Shown piece after piece: positions 50,001 through 64,000 of a stretch of 64,000 nt of DNA. The DNA lies in NCBI GenBank assembly GCA_964016885.1, contig OZ024742.1, positions 7,254,001-7,318,000 on the forward strand, written 5' to 3'. How positions within the stretch are numbered: position 1 is the first letter of the stretch; the number at the start of each line of letters is the position of its first letter. Under the pieces are notes generated by a model. The model did not search any database. It was not told the origin of the DNA and saw only the letters and a list, made by a program, of their open reading frames with translations. A program made the position numbers and the translations under genes. Source of the stretch: Eledone cirrhosa (taxonomy: Eukaryota).

Positions 50001-53000
50001 ATGTATGTGAGTATGTCAATGTATGTGTGTATGTCAATGTATGTATGTATGTATGTATGTCAATGTATGTGTCTGTATATCAATGTATGTGTGTATGTTA
50101 ATGCATGTGTGTATGTCAATGTATGTGTCTGTATGTCAATGTAAGCGTGTATGTCAATGTATGTGTGTATGTCGATGTATGTGTGTATATCAATGTATGT
50201 CTGTATGTCAATAAATGTGTGTATGTCAATGTATGTGTCTGTATGTCAATATATGTGTGTATGTCAATGTATGTGTCTGTATGTCAATATATGTGTGTAT
50301 GTCAATGTAATGTATGTATGTCAATTTATGTGCGTATGTCAATGTATGGGTGTATGTCAATGTATGTGTGTATGTCAATGTATCTGTGTATGTCAATGTA
50401 TGTGTATGTATGTCAATGTATGTCTGTATGTCAATATATGTGCGTATGTCTATGTATGTGAATGTATGTGTGTATGTCAATGTATGTGTGTGTATGTCAA
50501 TGTTTGTCTGTATGTCAATGTATGCCTGTATGTCAATGTATGTGTGTATGTCAATGTATGCCTGTATGTCAATGTATATGTGTATGTCAATGTATATATG
50601 TATGTCAATGTAGGTGTGTATGTCAATGTATATATGTAAGTCAATATATATGTGTATGTCAATTTATGTGTGTATGTCTATGTATGTCTGTATGTCAATG
50701 TATGTGTGTATGTCAATGTATGTGTGTATTTCAATGAATGTCTGTATATCAATGTATGTGTCTGTATATCAATGTACGTGTGTATGTCAATGTATGTGTG
50801 TATGTCAATGTATGTCTGTAAGTCAATGTATATGTGTATGTCAAGTTATGTGTGTATGTCAATGTAAGTCTGTATGTCAATGTATGTCTGTATGTCAATG
50901 TATGTGCGTATGTCAATGTATGTGTCTGTATGTCAATGTATGTGTGCATGCCAATGTATGTCTGTATGCCAATGTATATGTGTATGTTAATGTACGTGTG
51001 TATGTCAATGTATGTCTGTATGTCAATGTATGTGTGTATGTCAATGTATGTATCTGTATGTCAATGTAAGTGTGTATGTCGATGTATGTGTGTATGTCAA
51101 TGTATGTTTTTATGTCACTGTATGTATGTATGTCAATGTATGTGTATGTATGTCAATGTATGTCTGTATGTCAATGAATGTCAGTATATCAATGTATGTG
51201 TCTGTATATCAATGTATGTGTGTATGTCAATGTATGGGTGTATGTCAATATATATGTCTATGTCAATGTATGTCTGTATGTCTATGTATGTCTGTATGTC
51301 AATGTATGTGTGTATGTCAATGTATGTTTGTATGTCAATGTATGTGTGTATGTCAATGTATGTGTGTATGTCAATGTATGTATGTCAATGTATGTCTGTA
51401 AGTCAATGTATATGTGTATGTCAATTTATGTGTGTATGTCTATGTATGTCTGTATGTCAATGTATAAATCTGTATGTCAATGTATGTGTGTATGTCAATG
51501 TATGTGTGTACTTCAATGTATGTGTGTATTTCAATGTATGGGTGTATGTAAATGTATGTCAGTATGTCAATGTATGTGTTTATATCAATGTATGTGTGTA
51601 TGTCAATGTATGGGTGTTGTTCAACGTATATATGTGTGTCAATGTATGTCTCTATGTCAATGTATGTGTGTATGTCAATGTATGTCTGTGTAAATGTATG
51701 TGTGTATGTTAATGTATGTGTGTATGTCAATGTATGTATGTATGTCAATGTATGTGTGTATGTCAATGTATGTATCTGTATGTCAATGTAAGTGTGTATG
51801 TCGATGTATGTGTGTATGTCAATGTATGTTTTTATGTCACTGTATGTATGTATGTCAATGTATGTGTATGTATGACAATGTATGTCTGTATGTCAATGAA
51901 TGTCAGTATATCAATGTATGTGTCTGTATATCAATGTATGTGTGAATGTCAATGTATGGGTGTATGACAATATATATGTCTATGTCAATGTATGTCTGTA
52001 TGTCAATGTATGTGTGTATGTCAATGTATGTTTGTATGTCAATGTATGTGTGTATGTCAATGTATGTGTGTAAGTCAATGTATGTATGTCAATGTATGTC
52101 TGTAAGTAAATGTATATGTGTATGTCAATTTATGTGTGTATGTCAATGTATGTCTGTATGTCAATGTATGTGTGTATGTCAGTGTATGTGTCTGTATGTC
52201 AATGTATGTGTGTATGTCAATGTATGTGTGTACGTCAATGTATGTCTGTATGTCAATGTATGTGTTTATGTCAATGTATGTGTATGTATGTCCATTAATG
52301 TCTGTATGTCAATGTATCTGTGTATGTCAATGTATGTGTCTGTATGTCAATGTAAGTGTGTATGTCAATGTATGTGTATATGTCAATGTATGTCTGTATG
52401 TCAATGTATGTGTGTATGTCAATGTATGTATCTGTATGTCAATGTAAGTGTGTATGTCGATGTATGTGTGTATGTCAATGTATGTTTTTATGTCACTGTA
52501 TGTATGTATGTCAATGTATGTGTATGTATGTCAATGTATATCTGTATGTCAATGAATGTCAGTATATCAATGTATGTGTCTGTATATCAATGTATGTGTG
52601 TATGTCAATGTATGGGTGTATGACAATATATATGTCTATGTCAATGTATGTCTGTATGTCAATGTATGTGTGTATGTCAATGTATGTTTGTATGTCAATG
52701 TATGTGTGTATGTCAATGTATGTGTGTATGTCAATGTATGTATGTCAATGTATGTTTGTAAGTCAATGTATATGTGTATGTCAATTTATGTGTGTATGTC
52801 AATGTATGTCTGTATGTCAATGTATGTGTGTATGTCAGTGTATGTGTCTGTATGTCAATGTATGTGTGTATGTCAATGTATGTGTGTACGTCAATGTATG
52901 TCTGTATGTCAATGTATGTGTTTATGTCAATGTATGTGTATGTATGCCAATTAATGTCTGTATGTCAATGTATCTGTGTATGTCAATGTATGTGTCTGTA

Positions 53001-56000
53001 TGTCAATGTAAGTGTGTATGTCAATGTATGTGTATATGTCAATGTATGTCTGTATGTCAATGTATGTGTGTATGTCAATGTATGTTTATGTATCTCATCT
53101 TATGTTTGTATGTCAATGTATGTGTGTATGTCAATGTATGTGTATATGTCAATGTATGTCTGTAACTCAATGTATGTGTGTATATCAATGTATGTCTGTA
53201 TGTGAATGTATGTATGTATGTCACTGTAAGTGTCTATGTCAATGTATGTGTGTATGTCAATGTATGTTTGTATGTCAATGTATGTATGTCAATGTATGTG
53301 TGTATGTCAATGTATGTGTGTGTATGTCAATGTATGTCTGTATGTCAATGTATGTGTGTATGTAAATGTATGTCTATATGTCAATGTATGTGTGTATGTC
53401 AATGTATGTCTGTATGTCAATGTATGTGTGTATGTCAATGTATATGTGTATGTCAATGTATGTGTGTATGTCAATGTATGTCTGTATGCCAATGTACGTG
53501 TGCAAGTCAATGTATGTCTATATGTCAATGTATGTGTCTGTATATCAATGTATGAGTGTGTGTCAATTTATGTGTGTATGTCAAGTTATGAGTGTGTATG
53601 ACAATGTATGTGTGTATGTCAATGTATGTCTGTATGTCAATGTGTGTGTCTGTATGTCAATATATGTTTGTATGTCAATGTATGACTGTATGTCAATGTA
53701 TATGTTTATATCAATGTATGTGTGTATGTCAATCTATGGGTGTTGTTCAACGTATATATCTGTGTCAATGTATGTCTGTATGTCAATGTATGTGTGTGTA
53801 TGTCAATGTATGTCTGTATGTCAATGTATGTGTGTATGTTAATGTATGTGTGTATGTCAATGTATGTATGTATGTCAATGTATGTGTGTATGTCAATGTA
53901 TGTATCTGTATGTCAATGTAAGTGTGTATGTCGATGTATGTGTGTATGTCAATGTATGTTTTTATGTCACTGTATGTATGTATGTCAATGTATGTGTATG
54001 TATGTCAATGTATGTCTGTATGTCAATGAATGTCAGTATATCAATGTATGTGTCTGTATATCAATGTATGTGTGAATGTCAATGTATGGGTGTATGACAA
54101 TATATATGTCTATGTCAATGTATGTCTGTATGTCAATGTATGTGTGTATGTCAATGTATGTTTGTATGTCAATGTATGTGTGTATGTCAATGTATGTGTG
54201 TAAGTCAATGTATGTATGTCAATGTATGTATGTAAGTAAATGTATATGTGTATGTCAATTTATGTGTGTATGTCAATGTATGTCTGTATTTCAATGTATG
54301 TGTGTATGTCAGTGTATGTGTCTGTATGTCAATGTATGTGTGTATGTCAATGTATGTGTGTACGTCAATGTATGTCTGTATGTCAATGTATGTGTTTATG
54401 TCAATGTATGTGTATGTATGTCAATTAATGTCTGTATGTCAATGTATCTGTGTATGTCAATGTATGTGTCTGTATGTCAATGTAAGTGTGTATGTCAATG
54501 TATGTGTATATGTCAATGTATGTCTGTATGTCAATGTATGTGTGTATGTCAATGTATGTTTATGTATGTCATCTTATGTTTGTATGTCAATGTATGTGTG
54601 TATGTCAATGTATGTGTATATGTCAATGTATGTCTGTAATTCAATGTATGTGTGTATATCAATGTATGTCTGTATGTGAATGTATGTATGTATGTCACTG
54701 TAAGTGTCTATGTCAATGTATGTGTGTATGTCAATGTATGTTTGTATGTCAATGTATGTATGTCAATGTATGTGTGTATGTCAATGTATGTGTGTGTATG
54801 TCAATGTATGTCTGTATGTCAATGTATGTGTGTATGTAAATGTATGTCTATATGTCAATGTATGTGTGTATGTCAATGTATGTCTGTATGTCAATGTATG
54901 TGTGTATGTCAATGTATATGTGTATGTCAATGTATGTGTGTATGTCAATGTATGTCTGTATGCCAATGTAGGTGTGCAAGTCAATGTATGTCTATATGTC
55001 AATGTATGTGTCTGTATATAAATGTATGAGTGTGTGTCAATTTATGTGTGTATGTCAAGTTATGAGTGTGTATGACAATGTATGTGTGTATGTCAATGTA
55101 TGTCTGTATGTCAATATATGTGTGTATGTCAATGTATGTATGTATGTCAATGTAGGTATGTATGTCAATGTATGTCTGTATATCAATGTATGTGTCTGTA
55201 TGTCAATGTATGTGTCTATGTCAAGGTCTGTGTTTATGTCAATATATGTGTGTATGTCAATGTATGTCTGTATGTCAATGTATGTGTGCATGCCACTGTA
55301 TGACTGGATGGCAATGTATGTGTGTATGTCAATGTATCTGTGTATGTCAATGTATGTCTGTAAGTCAATGTATATGTGTATGTCAATTTATGTGTGTATG
55401 TCAATGTATGTATGTATGTCAATGTATGTGTGTATGTCAATGTATGTGTCTGTAAATCAATGTATGTGTGTATGTCAATGTATGTGTATATGTCAATGTA
55501 TGTGTGTATGTCAATGTATGTCTGTATGTCAATGTGTGTGTCTGTATGTCAATATATGTTTGTATGTCAATGTATGACTGTATGTCAATGTATGTGTATA
55601 TGTCAATGTATTTGTGCATGTCAATGTATGTGTGTATGTCAATGTATGTGTGTATGTCAATGTATGTGTGTATGTCAATATATGTATGTATGTCAATGTA
55701 AGTGTCTGTATATCAATGTATGTGTGTATGTTAATGCATGTGTGTATGTCAATGTATGTGTCTGTATGTCAATGTAAGCGTGTATGTCAATGTATGTGTG
55801 TATATCAATGCATTTCTGTATGTCTATGTATGTGTGTATGTCAATGTATGTCTGTATGTCAATGTATGTGTGTATGTCAATGTATGTCTGTATGTCAATG
55901 TATGTGCGTATGTCAATGTATGGGTGTATGTCAATGTATGTGTGTATGTCAATGTATTTGTATGTATGTCAATATGTGTCTATATGTCAATGTATGGGTG

Positions 56001-59000
56001 TATGTCAATGTATGTGTGTATGTCAATGTATCTGTGTATGTCAATGTATGTGTATGTATGTCAACGTATGTCTGTATGTCAATGTATGTGCGTATGTCTA
56101 TGTATGTCTGTATGTGAATGTATGTTTGTATGTCAATGTATGTGTGTGTATGTCAATGTTTGTCTGTATGTCAATGTATGCCTGTATGTCAATGTATGTG
56201 TATGTCAATATATGTCTGTATGTCAATGTATGTGTGTATGTCAATGTATGTATGTATGTCAATGTAGGTGTGTATGTCAATGTATGTCTGTAAGTCAATG
56301 TATATGTGTATGTCAATTTATGTGTGTATGTCTATGTATGTCTCTATGTCAATGTCTGTATGTCAATGTATGTGTGTATGTCAATGTATGTGTGTATTTC
56401 AATGAATGTCTGTATATCAATGTATGTGTCTGTATATGAATGTACGTGTGTATGTCAATGTATGGGTGTATGTCAATGTATATGTCTATGTCAATGTATG
56501 TCTGTATGTCAATGTATGTGTGTATGTCAATGTATGTCTGTATGTCAATGTATGTGTGTGTATGTCAATGATTGTCTGTATGTCAATGTGTGTGTGTATG
56601 TCAATGTATGTGTCTGTATGTCAATGTATGTGTGTATGTCGATGTATGTGTGTATGTCACTGTATGTCTGTATGTCAATGTATGTCTGTATGTCAATGTA
56701 TGTGTCTGTATATCAATGTATGAGTGTGTGTCAATGTATGTGTGTATGTCAAGTTATGAGTGTGTATGTCAATTTATGTGTGTATGTCAATGTATGTCTG
56801 TATGTCAATATATGTGTGTATGTCAATGTATGTGTGTATGTCAATGAATGTCTGTATATCAATGTATGTGTCTGTATATCAATGTATGTGTGTATGTCAA
56901 TGTATGGGTGTATGTCAATGTATATGTGTATGTCAATGTATGTCTGTATGGCAATGTATGTGTCTGTATGTCAATGTATGAGGTTATGTCAATGTATGTG
57001 TGCATGCCAATGTATGTCTGTATGTCAATGTATGTGTGTATGTTAATGTATGTGAGTATGTCAATGTATGTCTGTAATTCAATGTATATGTGTATGTCAA
57101 TGTATGTCTGTATATCAATGTATGTATGTATGTCAGTGTATGTGTCTGTATGTCAATGTATGTGTGTATGTCAATGTATGTGTGTATGTCAATGTATGTG
57201 TGCATGTCAATATATGTCTGTATGTCAATGTATGTGTGTATGTTAATGTATGTCTCTGTATGATAATGGATGTGTGGATGTCAATGTATGTCTGCATGTC
57301 AATGTATGTGTGTATGTCAATGTATGCGTGTGTATGTCAATGAATATCTGTATGTCAATGAATATATGTATGTCAACGTATGTGTCTGTATATCAATGTA
57401 TGTATGTCAATGTCTGTGTGTATGTCTATGTATATGTGTATGTCAATGTATGCGTGTGTATGTCAATGCATGAGTGTATATCAATGTATGTATGTATGTC
57501 AGTGTATGTGTGTATGTCAATGTATGTGTGTGTATGTCAATGTATGTCTGTATGTGAATGTATGTGTGTGTATGTCAATGTATGTGTGTATATCAATGTA
57601 TGTGTGTATGTCAATGTATGTCTGTATGTCAATGTATGTGTGTGTATGTCAATGATTGTCTGTTTGTCAATGTGTGTGTGTATGTCAATGAATGTGTGCA
57701 TGTCAATGTATGTCTGTATGTCAATGTATGTGTGCATGTCAATGGATGTGTGTATGTCAATGTATGTCTGTAAGTCAATGTACATGTGTATATCAATTTA
57801 TGAGTGTATGTCTATGTATGTCTGTATGTCAATGTTTGTCTGTAAGTCAATGTATATGTGTATGTCGATGTATGTGAGTATGTCGATGTATGTGTGTATG
57901 TCAATGTATGTGTCTGTATGTCAATGTATGTGTGTATGTCGATGTGTGTGTTTGTCGATGTATGTGTGTATGTCAATGTATGTGTGTATGTCTATGTATG
58001 TGTGTGTATGTCAATGTATGTGTGTATGTCAATGTATGCATGTATGTCAATGTATGTGTGTATGTCAATGTATGTCTGTATGTCAATGTATGTGTGTGTA
58101 TGTCAATGATTGTCTGTATGTCAATGTGTGTGTGTATGTCAATGTATGTGTCTGTATGTCAATGTATGTGTGTATGTCGATGTATGTGTGTATGTCACTG
58201 TATGTCTGTATGTCAATGTATGTCTGTATGTCAATGTATGTGTCTGTATATCAATGTATGAGTGTGTGTCAATGTATGTGTGTATGTCAAGTTATGAGTG
58301 TGTATGTCAATTTATGTGTGTATGTCAATGTATGTCTGTATGTCAATATATGTGTGTATGTCAATGTATGTGTGTATGTCAATGAATGTCTGTATATCAA
58401 TGTATGTGTCTGTATATCAATGTATGTGTGTATGTCAATGTATGGGTGTATGTCAATGTATATGTGTATGTCAATGTATGTCTGTATGGCAATGTATGTG
58501 TCTGTATGTCAATGTATGAGGTTATGTCAATGTATGTGTGCATGCCAATGTATGTCTGTATGTCAATGTATGTGTGTATGTTAATGTATGTGAGTATGTC
58601 AATGTATGTCTGTAAGTCAATGTATATGTGTATGTCAATGTATGTCTGTATATCAATGTATGTATGTATGTCAGTGTATGTGTCTGTATGTCAATGTATG
58701 TGTGTATGTCAATGTATGTGTGTATGTCAATGTATGTGTGCATGTCAATATATGTCTGTATGTCAATGTATGTGTGTATGTTAATGTATGTCTCTGTATG
58801 ATAATGGATGTGTGGATGTCAATGTATGTCTGCATGTCAATGTATGTGTGTATGTCAATGTATGCGTGTGTATGTCAATGAATATCTGTATGTCAATGAA
58901 TATATGTATGTCAACGTATGTGTCTGTATATCAATGTATGTATGTCAATGTCTGTGTGTATGTCTATGTATATGTGTATGTCAATGTATGCGTGTGTATG

Positions 59001-59998
59001 TCAATGCATGAGTGTATATCAATGTATGTATGTATGTCAGTGTATGTGTGTATGTCAATGTATGTGTGTGTATGTCAATGTATGTCTGTATGTGAATGTA
59101 TGTGTGTGTATGTCAATGTATGTGTGTATATCAATGTATGTGTGTATGTCAATGTATGTCTGTATGTCAATGTATGTGTGTGTATGTCAATGATTGTCTG
59201 TTTGTCAATGTGTGTGTGTATGTCAATGAATGTGTGCATGTCAATGTATGTCTGTATGTCAATGTATGTGTGCATGTCAATGGATGTGTGTATGTCAATG
59301 TATGTGTGTATGTCAATGTATGTCTGTAAGTCAATGTACATGTGTATATCAATTTATGAGTGTATGTCTATGTATGTCTGTATGTCAATGTTTGTCTGTA
59401 AGTCAATGTATATGTGTATGTCGATGTATGTGAGTATGTCGATGTATGTGTGTATGTCAATGTATGTGTCTGTATGTCAATGTATGTGTGTATGTCGATG
59501 TGTGTGTTTGTCGATGTATGTGTGTATGTCAATGTATGTGTGTATGTCTATGTATGTGTGTGTATGTCAATGTATGTGTGTATGTCAATGTATGCATGTA
59601 TGTCAATGTATGTGTGTATGTCAATGTATGTCTGTATGTCAATGTATGTGTGTGTATGTCAATGATTGTCTGTATGTCAATGTGTGTGTGTATGTCAATG
59701 TATGTGTCTGTATGTCAATGTATGTGTGTATGTCGATGTATGTGTGTATGTCGATGTATGTGTGTATGTCAATGTATGTGTGCATGTCAATGTATGTGTG
59801 TATGTCAATGTATGTGCGTATGTCAATGTCTGTCTGTACGTCAATGTATGTGTGCATGTCAATGTATGTCTGTATGTCAATGTATGTATGCCAATGTATG
59901 TCTGTATGTCAATGTATGTCTGTATGACAATGTATGTGTGTATGTCAATATATGTGTCTGTATGTCAATGTATGTGTGTATGTCAATGTATATGTGTG
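32035..59998. repeat. About 28-kb satellite with 18-bp consensus TGTATGTGTGTATGTCAA (frequent 20-bp and 14-bp variants) and higher-order repeats
   Basis: TGTCAA recurs every 18-20 bp. It translates as (MSMYVC)n, (CQCMCV)n and (VNVCVY)n. Confidence 0.97.
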
Positions 59999-60125
59999 TA
60001 TGTGATGACATACATATCCAAATATATTTATTCATATTCTTAAAACATGTTGTTTCAGCAAAGCTTCAAGTCTGCAGACTTTCTATGCATATCTTTATAC
60101 ACACAAACACCCTGCCCCCTTAAAC

Positions 60126-63100
60126 CTATATATGTCTATATGTGTATATGTCTATATATGTATATGTCTATATGTGTATAGTACTACAGGTGTTTATGTC
60201 TATATGTGTATATGTCTATATGTGTACATCTCTATATGTGTATATGTCTATATGTGTATATGTCTTTATGTGTATATGTCTATATGTGTATATGTCTATA
60301 TGTGTATATGTCTTTACGCGTATAGGTCTTTATGTGTATATGTCTATATGTGCATATGTCTATATGTGTATATCTCTATATGTGTATATTTCTATATGTG
60401 TATATGTCTATATGTGTATATGTCTATATGTGTATATGTCTATATGTGTATATGTCTTTATGTGTATATGTCTATATGTGTATATGTCTATATGTGTATA
60501 TGTCTATATGTGTATATGTCTATATGTGTATATGTCTATATTTGTATAGGTCTATATGTGTATATCTCTATATGTGTATATGTCTATATGTGTATATGTC
60601 TATATGTGTATATGTCTATATGTGTATACGTCTATATGTGTATATCTCTATATGTGTATATGTCTATATGTGTATATGTCTATATGTGTATATGTCTATA
60701 TGTGTATATGTCTATGTGTGTACATCTCTATATGTGTATATTTCTATATGTGTATATCTCTATATGTGTAGATGTCTATATGTGTATATGTCTATACGTG
60801 TATATGTGTATATGTCTATATGTGTATATCTCTATCTGTGTATATGTCTATATGTGTATATCTCTATATGTGTATATCTCTATATGTGTATATGTCTATA
60901 TGTGTATATTTCTATATGTGTATATGTCTATATGTGTATATCTCTATATGTGTATATCTCTATATGTGTATATGTCTATATGTGTATATTTCTATATGTG
61001 TATATGTCTATATGTGTATATCTCTATATGTGTATATGTCTATATGTGTATATGTCTATATGTGTATATGTCTATATGTGTATATGTCTATATGTGTATA
61101 TCTCTATATGTGTATATGTCTATATGTGTATATGTCTATATGTGTATATGTCTATATGTGTATATGTCTATATGTGTATATGTCTATATGTGTATATGTC
61201 TATATGTGTATATGTCTATATGTGTATATGTCTATATGTGTATATGTCTATATGTGTATATCTCTATATGTGTATATGTCTATATGTGTATATGTCTATA
61301 TGTGTATATGTCTATATGTGTATATGTCTATATGTGTATATGTCTATATGTGTATATGTCTATATGTGTATATGTCTATATGTGTATATGTCTATATGTG
61401 TATATTTTTATATGTGTATATGTCTATATGTGTATATCTCTATATGTGTATATGTCTATATGTGTATATGTCTATATGTGTATATGTCTATATGTGTATA
61501 TGTCTATATGTGTATATGTCTATATGTGTATATGTCTATATGTGTATATTTCTATATGTGTATATGTCTATATGTGTATATTTCTATATGTGTATATGTC
61601 TATATGTGTATATGTCTATATGTGTATATGTCTATATGCGTATATGTCTATATGTGTATATCTCTATATGTGTATATCTCTATATGTGTATATGTCTATA
61701 TGTGTATATGTCTATATGTGTATATGTCTATATGTGTATATGTCTATATGTGTATATGTCTTTATGTGTATATGTCTATATGTGTATATGTCTATATGTG
61801 TATATGTCTATATGTGTATATGTCTATATGTGTATATGTCTATATGTGTATATGTCTATATGTGTATATTTCTATATGTGTATATGTATATATGTGTATA
61901 TGTCTATATGTGTATATGTCTATATGTGTATATGTCTATATGTGTATATGTCTATATGTGTATATTTCTATATGTGTATATGTCTATATGTGTATATGTC
62001 TATATGTGTATATTTCTATATGTGTATATGTCTATATGTGTATATCTCTATATGTGTATATGTCTATATGTGTATATGTCTATATGTGTATATGTCTATA
62101 TGTGTATATCTCTATATGTGTATATGTCTATATGTGTATATGTCTATATGTGTATATGTCTATATGTGTATATGTCTATATGTGTATATCTCTATATGTG
62201 TATATCTCTATATGTGTATATCTCTATATGTGTATACGTCTATATGTGTATATGTCTATATGTGTATATGTCTATATGTGTATATGTCTTTATGTGTATA
62301 TGTCTATATGTGTATATGTCTATATGTGTATATGTCTATAGGTGTATATGTCTATATGTGTATATGTCTATATGTGTATATGTCTATATGTGTATATGTC
62401 TATATGTGTATATGTCTATATGTGTATATTTCTATATGTGTATATGTCTATATGTGTATATCGCTATATGTGTATATTTCTATGTGTATATGTCTATATG
62501 TGTATATGTCTATATGTGTATATGTCTATATGTGTATATTTCTATATGTGTATATGTCTATATGTGTATATCTCTATATGTGTATATGTCTATATGTGTA
62601 TAATTCTATATGTGTATATGTCTATATGTGTATATCTCTATATGTGTATATGTCTATATGTGTATATGTCTATATGTGTATATGTCTATATGTGTATATG
62701 TCTATATGTGTATATTTCTATATGTGTATATGTCTATATGTGTATATCTCTATATGTGTATATGTCTATATGTGTATATCTCTATATGTGTATATGTCTA
62801 TATGTGTATATGTCTATATGTGTATATGTCTTTATGTGTATATTTCTATATGTGTATATGTCTATATGTGTATATGTCTATATGTGTATATGTCTATATG
62901 TGTATATGTCTATATGTGTTTATGTCTATATGTGTATATGTCTATATGTGTATATTTCTATATGTGTATATGTCTATATGTGTATATGTCTATAAGTGTA
63001 TATGTCTATATGTGTATATGTCTATATGTGTATATGTATATATGTGTATATATCTATATGTGTATATGTCTATATGTGTATATCTCTATATGTGTATATG

Positions 63101-64000
63101 TCTATATGTGTATATGTCTATATGTGTATATGTCTATATGTGTATATGTCTATATGTGTATATTTCTATATGTGTATATGTCTATATGTGTATATCTCTA
63201 TATGTGTATATGTCTATATGTGTATATTTCTATATGTGTATATGTCTATATGTGTATATGTCTATATTTGTATATTTCTATATGTGTATATGTCTATATG
63301 GGTATATCTCTATATGTGTATATGTCTATATGTGTATATTTCTATATGTGTATATGTCTATATCTGAATATGTCTATATGTGCATATGTCTATATGTGTA
63401 TATGTCTATATGTGTATATTTCTATATGTGTATATGTCTATATGTGTATACGTCTATATGTGTATATCTCTATAACTGTATATGTCTATATGTGTATATG
63501 TCTATATGTGTATATGTCTATATGTGTATATGTCTTTATGTGTATATGTCTATATGTGTATATGTCTATATGTGTATATGTCTATATGTGTATATGTCTA
63601 TATGTGTATATGTCTATATGTGTATATGTCTATATGTGTATATGTCTATATGTGTATATGTCTATATGTGTATATTTCTATATGTGTATATGTCTATATG
63701 TGTATATCGCTATATGTGTATATGTCTATATGTGTATATGTCTATATGTGTATATGTCTATATGTGTATATTTCTATATGTGTATATGTCTATATGTGTA
63801 TATCTCTATATGTGTATATGTCTATATGTGTATATCTCTATATGTGTATATGTCTATATGTGTATATGTCTATATGTGTATATGTCTTTATGTGTATATT
63901 TCTATATGTGTATATGTCTATATGTGTATATGTCTATATGTGTATATGTATATATGTGTATATATCTATATGTGTATATGTCTATATGTGTATATCTCTA
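60126..64000. repeat. Homogeneous 16-bp satellite (TGTCTATA-TGTGTATA)n, running off the window end
   Basis: Two alternating 8-mers. The ORF track shows a 16-aa period (48 nt = 3 units). Confidence 0.97.

Noticed and set aside
32035-59998. CRISPR-like regular repeat/spacer appearance
   Set aside because: The spacers are not unique, the unit is only 18-20 bp, the context is eukaryotic and there are no cas genes.
31969-63367. Hundreds of long Cys/Val/Met/Tyr-rich ORFs (up to 823 aa)
   Set aside because: The satellite monomers lack stop codons on the + strand in all frames. The ORFs overlap in three frames and shift at indels, so they are artefacts.

Overview
Eukaryotic, AT-rich, repeat-saturated DNA with no recognisable host gene. 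The SINE family and the dense (TA)n/(TG)n tracts resemble octopus or cephalopod DNA (inference). 1-31.8 kb is a mosaic of decayed retroelements sitting in (TA)n microsatellites. It contains: (i) two head-to-tail Tx1-clade LINEs (8861-13384, 5'-truncated; 13385-19105, near full length), both pseudogenised and both bounded by (ATT)n; (ii) at least four Penelope-like element (PLE) coding fragments (RT and/or GIY-YIG with a CxCx5Cx5C linker) plus non-coding pLTR pieces; (iii) five tRNA-derived SINEs. 32-60 kb is an 18-bp satellite with nested higher-order repeats, and 60.1-64 kb is a separate 16-bp satellite. All ORFs in the satellites are artefacts. The most striking signal, found by manual folding, is 11 complete type I hammerhead ribozyme motifs from six sequence families. 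Three families carry the non-canonical U3-A8 core (UUGANAA). One of these sits in a 315-bp non-coding tandem array that looks like a retrozyme. There are also many perfect fold-back palindromes, several of which turn inside ribozyme stems.
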